A stretch of DNA of 39,905 bases. Source: Thelocarpon superellum (lineage: Eukaryota). The notes beneath the pieces are model-generated. The model was not told the origin of the DNA. It made no database searches and saw only the letters and a program-made list of their open reading frames with translations. Positions within the stretch are counted from its first letter, which is position 1. Every line of letters begins with the position of its first letter. Made by a program: the position numbers and the translations under genes. Shown here in pieces: positions 34,943-39,905 of the stretch. The stretch lies in assembly GCA_026025795.1 (NCBI GenBank), contig JAPEUG010000127.1:1-39905 (forward strand), written 5' to 3'.

Positions 34943-36281
34943 ATGGCGTCGACCACCGTCTTCTCTCTGGACGGCCAAGGACTCAAACTCGACACGGCCG
35001 CAGATGTGGAGCCCCACATTAAATCGCTCCGGGAAAGTTCCACGGTAGAGGAGATCCGTCTCGGCGGGAACACCCTCGGTCCTGAGGCATGTGGTGCGCT
35101 AGCACAGGTGCTGGAGCACAAAACAACATTACGGGTGTGGCTTGTCTGTTGTTCAACTCCGCCGTTCCTACGCTGACGGCCTCGAGGTGGCCAACTTGGC
35201 CGACATCTTCACCTCGCGACTACTGTCCGAGATCCCTCCTGCCCTGTCTTTCCTCCTTACCGCCCTTCTCAAGCTTCCATTGCTGCACACGATCAACCTC
35301 TCGGACAATGCGTTCGGTCTCAACACTCAAGCTCCTCTCGTGGAATTTCTCTCCAAACATGTTCCACTTCGCCACTTGATCCTGAACAACAACGGCTTAG
35401 GCCCTCACGCAGGAGTCTTGATCGCTGATGCCCTGTCTTCGCTACACACCAAGAAGGAAGCTGCGCGAGCAGCAGGTCAGACCGTACCCGATCTGGAGAC
35501 GGTGGTGTGCGGACGGAATCGACTGGAGAATGGGAGCATGCAAGCGTGGGCCAAGGCATTTGTGGCGCATAACGGACTGCGAGAAGTGAAGATGGTACAG
35601 AACGGCATTCGACAAGAAGGCATCTCGCACCTCCTCCGGGAAGGTCTCGCGCATGCCACCGCGCTCCGGCTACTAGATCTACAAGACAACACCTTTACGA
35701 TGCTCGGCTCGCGCGCTCTTGCCGAAGTTGCCCCTCGGTGGACTCAGCTGCGTGAGCTAGGCGTAGGCGATGGGCTCCTGTCAACACGAGGCGGTATCGT
35801 CGTCGCAGAAGCCCTTGGCCAGGGCAAGAACGTGCACCTCGAGACCCTCCGACTTCAATACAACGACATCGACAGCAAAGGACTTGCAGGCTTCACGCAT
35901 GCAGTCAAGAATGCACTTCCGGCACTGAAGCGGATTGAGCTCAACGGCAACAAATTCGCCGAAGAGGATCCCAGTCTCGACACGCTCCGTGACATCCTCG
36001 AACAGCGTCGTTCCGCCGCCACTGGTCAAGATCGGGGGGCGAACAGCGGAGAGGACGAAGGAGAGGGCGAGGGGGAATGGGGAATCGACTCTCTCAGCGA
36101 CCTGGAAGAGGATGACGAAGACGAAGAGGGCGAAGAAGAGGAAGAGGAGGAGGAGAAGGAAGAGAAAGCAGACAAAATCCTACAAGAAGCCGACGCAGCC
36201 GAGGCCGAGAACGTGCCGCAGCAGAAAGACAAGGCGGTGGACGCGTTGGCCTCGGAGCTGGATCGTGCAGAGCTGAAGTGA
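34943..36281 (+). CDS. RNA1: Ran GTPase-activating protein Rna1; exons 34943-35134, 35187-36281
   Basis: LRR repeats with GNTLG, ADIFTSRL, NLSDNAFG, NNNGLGP, CGRNRLENGS, QNGIR, LDLQDNTFT, LQYNDI, ELNGNKF; acidic tail. Intron 35135-35186. Confidence 0.95.
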
Positions 36282-36733
36282 GGGATCACACTACTCCTAT
36301 CTTCGCTTCTGTTCCCTTTTCGTGTCTGCCTCGTTGGATGCGTGCAAATGCCTACATAGGAGTGCCTACCGCTAGTGCTGTGCGAGGCAGAGCAGGGCAG
36401 CCCACCGTGGATAGATCTAGTCCATTTCTCTCCTGCTCGTCTGTCCATCTCTGCGCCGTGTAATCCAGATGGACAAGAACGAAATAGAATAGCTGTTGGA
36501 TATGCTATAGAGTGGCATTACTAATCTATTCTATGACCTATGACCTGTTGCCGCCTGGACGCTTGACCGCCTGACTACTCCACCCGACTCGCTCCCGCCA
36601 ATTGGATAGACCGGCTTTTGGCCGCCGTCTACTCTAGTAATATTTCTACCTTCTTACCCGCCATTTTCTATCCCGTCCCTCTACTTCTCCACGGGTCGTC
36701 TGCGTTGCCACGACCGCCTCGTCTCCAAGTTCA

Positions 36734-37779
36734 TCACCGCCCAAATCGCATCTGTACCTTGGCGTAGCGGTGTAGCGCGCGCAGAAAGACCTGGTATCCA
36801 ACTCCCTGATTGTCTGGGACGTGGCTGCCCAAGAAATATGATCAGTACTCATGAGCCAGGAGAGATGAAAGGGGGCATGAGCGTACAATATTTCCGTCAG
36901 ACGAATCTGCCAGGGTGGATAACCTTGCAGCACGAGAGTGGAGCCGAAAAGCACGAGGAGGTCCGGCTCGCCCATGACGCTCTCGCTGACTTCCGTGTCG
37001 ATCAAGTCCGGTGTGATGTCGCTCATGGAGAGCTTGGATCGCTGGCACATCTCCGTCAGGGTCTTGGTCAGGTCGACGAGCGAGTCGCGGCTGTCTTCCG
37101 ACGAGAGCAGGAGGAGCGACAGGTGACTGCGTGGCGTGGACGATGGCGGTGGGCTTTGGTTGGCCGGGTCATCTTTGGTAAACGCAGGCATGTGGGGCGC
37201 GCGGACTTGGAGCGTGGGCCGCGCTCGTCCGAAGTACGCGTGCATTTTGGATGCCACCGCTTGGTGCGTGGCGGGGATATGGCTCTTGAGCGCGCCCGTC
37301 CGTTCGTAGACGGACAAGATCGGGATCTTGGCGCACGCACACCAGGCTGCGATCTCCGATAGGTCGTCGACCAGGCCTGACAAGCCGCGGCCACCATCAC
37401 GCCGGTCCTCCAGTTCCAGCACGACGCTGAGATGGTTGGGCAGCCGACTCAACCCTCTCACGTCTCGCTCAATAAGCGCCGGGGTGCGATGGTGGTAGTA
37501 GAGCACGGAGAGTGCCCGGTCGCCGAGGGCGTGGTAGGCCTGGCGAAGGTGGATGTAGATGGAGAAGAAGAGGTGGATCACCGTGTAGACGAAGAGGTAG
37601 AGCTGGCTCCGAAGAAAGGAGGTCGACAGCTGAACCGTACCCTCTCTTCGCGTTTCCGGAGGCTTTTTGGCATCACGACTTGGTAGGTATGGAGTCACCA
37701 GCCGTACCCGCTCCTGAGCCGTCAGCGTCCGGCCATGGCCAGTTCGCCGGTAGAGCTCGACTTCACGAGCGCCGACCAT
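36734..37779 (-). CDS. NUS1: Dehydrodolichyl diphosphate synthase (cis-prenyltransferase) subunit Nus1/NgBR; exons 37779-36887, 36824-36734
   Basis: N-terminal TM. Motifs YYHHRTPALI, RLPNHLSVVL, AAWCACAKIPILSVYERTG, EPDLLVLF, LQGYPPWQIRLTEIF. Removing intron 36886-36825 (GTACGC..CAG) gives the C-terminal RxG motif QMRFGR*. Confidence 0.93.
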
Positions 37780-38481
37780 GGTGGACGGTCGTCCTCAGCA
37801 TACGCCCAGGTACGAAGCTAAGGAGAGCATGGAGCAGGAGTGAGATTTTGTGTCCGGTGGGGAATTCGGGTGAAGTGGGTGAGTTGCGTTGGAAGCGTAC
37901 ATGTGGAACGTTGCGGACGTGTGGATTTCCCTCATTCGTGATTCCCGTTGGGTCCAACACGAGATGGCGACCTCTCCGGACACGTGACACTCAACAAGTC
38001 GTGGCCATGGCGCATGCGTACAACGATGCCGAAAAGGAAGGTTCAGGTCGGCATTTCGTCTCTACCCAGTGTCTCATGCTGCATCAGGATGAGATACACG
38101 ATTACGCTGGAAGGCGTACGAGTAGCAGGATCTTGGTCGAGACCTTGAAGAATGGACCGGCTTCCCCAGACGAACCAAGTCGCTGGAAGAGCTGCGCGGA
38201 CCCGGCGGAAATATTAACCGGCCGGCGCCGACTCTGGTGCCCTGACGAGTATTCCTTGGCCGCCTAATAAATTGTCTTGGCGACAGCCACCTTTCGCGAG
38301 GTTTGGCGGAGGCCTGGGGCTTTCTCGGGGCCGAGGGGGTTGCCTCGTCAGAAACTTCGGCTCCGAGAATCGTCTGACCGCGGCGGTGCTGACTCGGTTA
38401 CGTTCCGATTGACAACCCCCGGGCATGAGGACTTCAGTCCGAGCGCCCGAGCTCCCAAGCTCCGCCGTGCTCTTGAAGTAA

Positions 38482-38488
38482 TATAAAA
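38482..38488 (+). promoter_or_regulatory. TATA box (TATAAAA) of the FMN reductase gene
   Basis: Canonical TATAAAA about 105 nt upstream of ATG 38592, in a GC-rich context. Confidence 0.55.
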
Positions 38489-38591
38489 AGCACCTACATC
38501 ATTGCGTTCCACCTTTCCATGCCAAACATCAGGCGCATCTTAGATTACCATTGAGCTTCTACTATCCTCGTCGTCAGCCAACCATCTCAAA

Positions 38592-39200
38592 ATGGCAAGC
38601 ACAGCACCACCGAAAGTGGGATTGATCATCGGCAGCCAGCGTGTCCCCCGAGCTGGCCTCCAAATTAGCGAGTTCGTCTTCCAGACCATCCAGCGTACCA
38701 ATCCATCCGTCACCCTCTCTGTCATCGATCTCGCGACCTGGAATCTCCCCATATGCAACGAGCCTGGGGTGCCCCAGCAGATCACAGACCCCGAGCTATA
38801 CACACACGACCACACCAAGCGCTGGTCCGCCGAAATCTCCTCCTGTTCCGCCTTTGTCTTTGTCACCCCGCAATACAATTGGGGCTACCCGGCCAGTCTC
38901 AAGAACGCCATCGACTACCTCTTTCATGAATGGAAAGGGAAGCCAGGCATGATCGTCGGCTATGGCGGACATGGGGGCGTGAAGGCGGTGGCGCAGCTCA
39001 AGGAAGTACTGGGGGGACTGAGGATGCGACCGGTGGAGAAGACGGTGGGCTTGGCCTTTCCAGATAGGGGGTATATGGGCAAGGCCGCGTCCGGGGCGGA
39101 TTTGGAATTGAGTGCTGAGAGCGACGAGGGAGTATGGGCCAAGGAGCGGGGAGAGATCGTGCAAGCATTTGAGGAGTTGGTGGGTCTGATGAAGGCATGA
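38592..39200 (+). CDS. NAD(P)H-dependent FMN/quinone reductase (flavodoxin-like, Lot6 family)
   Basis: Motifs IIGSQR, FVFVTPQYNWGYPASLKNAIDYL, EWKGKP, YGGHGG. Intronless 202-aa ORF with good start context (CAAAATGG). Confidence 0.92.
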   Translation: MASTAPPKVGLIIGSQRVPRAGLQISEFVFQTIQRTNPSVTLSVIDLATWNLPICNEPGVPQQITDPELYTHDHTKRWSAEISSCSAFVFVTPQYNWGYPASLKNAIDYLFHEWKGKPGMIVGYGGHGGVKAVAQLKEVLGGLRMRPVEKTVGLAFPDRGYMGKAASGADLELSAESDEGVWAKERGEIVQAFEELVGLMKA

Positions 39201-39905
39201 AAAGGTAGATGGGACCACTGAACACGGAAAGCGGTCTATATGTCGCGGCACATGATGAACGTGCGTCACTTGTAGCACAGCCGTCTCCTGTGATGCTCGG
39301 TTGGATACATAGAGCGGGTCGAAGTGATCCAGCCTCGTCAGGCATCAGTAGGCACATCTGAACATTGCTTCTGTCCAGCTCGAACAAGCTCGCATGAGAT
39401 TGTTTCCCGGCGGGCTACAGCTTGCCAACGATGTCAAGCGATGCGATGATGTTGGAGACGAGAGAGGAAGCTGTGGAAAGGTGAAGGAAGGATGGAAGTT
39501 GAGCTGTTGTGACGGTGCGTCAACGTGTAGCGGCGTGGGGTGATCCTACGCAGAGGCGAAGTCCTGTCAAACCGTTTGGGGCGTGCAAGTCGCGAGGGGA
39601 GGTTGCCGCTTTCAGTTGGTTTGGCGTTCTCCCTCAGCTCTAGCTTCCACGGCACGGATTGTTTAGTAGATGATGCAGCGTACCGGAGTCATCTAGCCTA
39701 AGCTCAAGCCGAATTTCCAGACCATGACGATGAATGTCGGGCATCGCATGTTCACCCAAGGACTCTAAGCACCATCCCGGTCGATCTGGATGGTGCACGG
39801 GTGAGCGGAGGAGATTCCCGGCCGGCGATCTATCTGCGTGCGAGCGTGTCGACCTGAGGGAGACTGATGTCCGCTTCAGCTCATCGTCCTCGAGACGCCT
39901 GAGCC

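Noticed and set aside
36646..36886. ORF-track C-terminus of NUS1 (LYAHAPF..KWRVRR)
   Set aside because: It reads through an intron; the spliced product ends in the conserved RFGR motif at 36734.
39201..39905. Short ORFs at the right end of the window
   Set aside because: No recognisable motifs or gene structure; treated as intergenic.
1..39905. tRNA, rRNA or CRISPR-like arrays
   Set aside because: I saw no cloverleaf/T-loop signatures, rRNA sequence or regularly spaced repeats; the window is eukaryotic.

Overview
This is a GC-rich, intron-containing genomic window from a filamentous ascomycete (Pezizomycotina-like splice signals: GTRAGT/GTACGT donors, RCTRAC branch points, YAG acceptors). 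It holds 13 supportable protein-coding genes. In order: a secreted CE16/GDSL esterase, a ZZZ3/Ahc2-like conserved protein, a Ser/Pro-rich hypothetical protein, RAD53/CHK2, a GT71 alpha-mannosyltransferase, RIM15, mitochondrial ribosomal protein mL54, an uncharacterised tail-anchored protein, NSR1/nucleolin, ALG6, RNA1 (RanGAP), NUS1 and a LOT6-like FMN reductase. The terminus of a pogo/Fot1-like DNA transposon sits at the left edge. Three observations stand out. (1) The NSR1 5' leader/intron carries ten strand-specific GUGGG motifs within a ~760-nt stretch that has no upstream AUG, a candidate autoregulatory RNA element. (2) The tail-anchored protein has a BNIP3/NIX/Atg32-like layout (SWVEI Atg8-interacting motif, acidic serine cluster, C-terminal TM helix), making it a candidate mitophagy receptor of filamentous fungi. 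(3) A small protein resembles the ZZZ3/Ahc2 histone-acetyltransferase subunit domain. All family calls come from motif recognition by eye; no searches were run.
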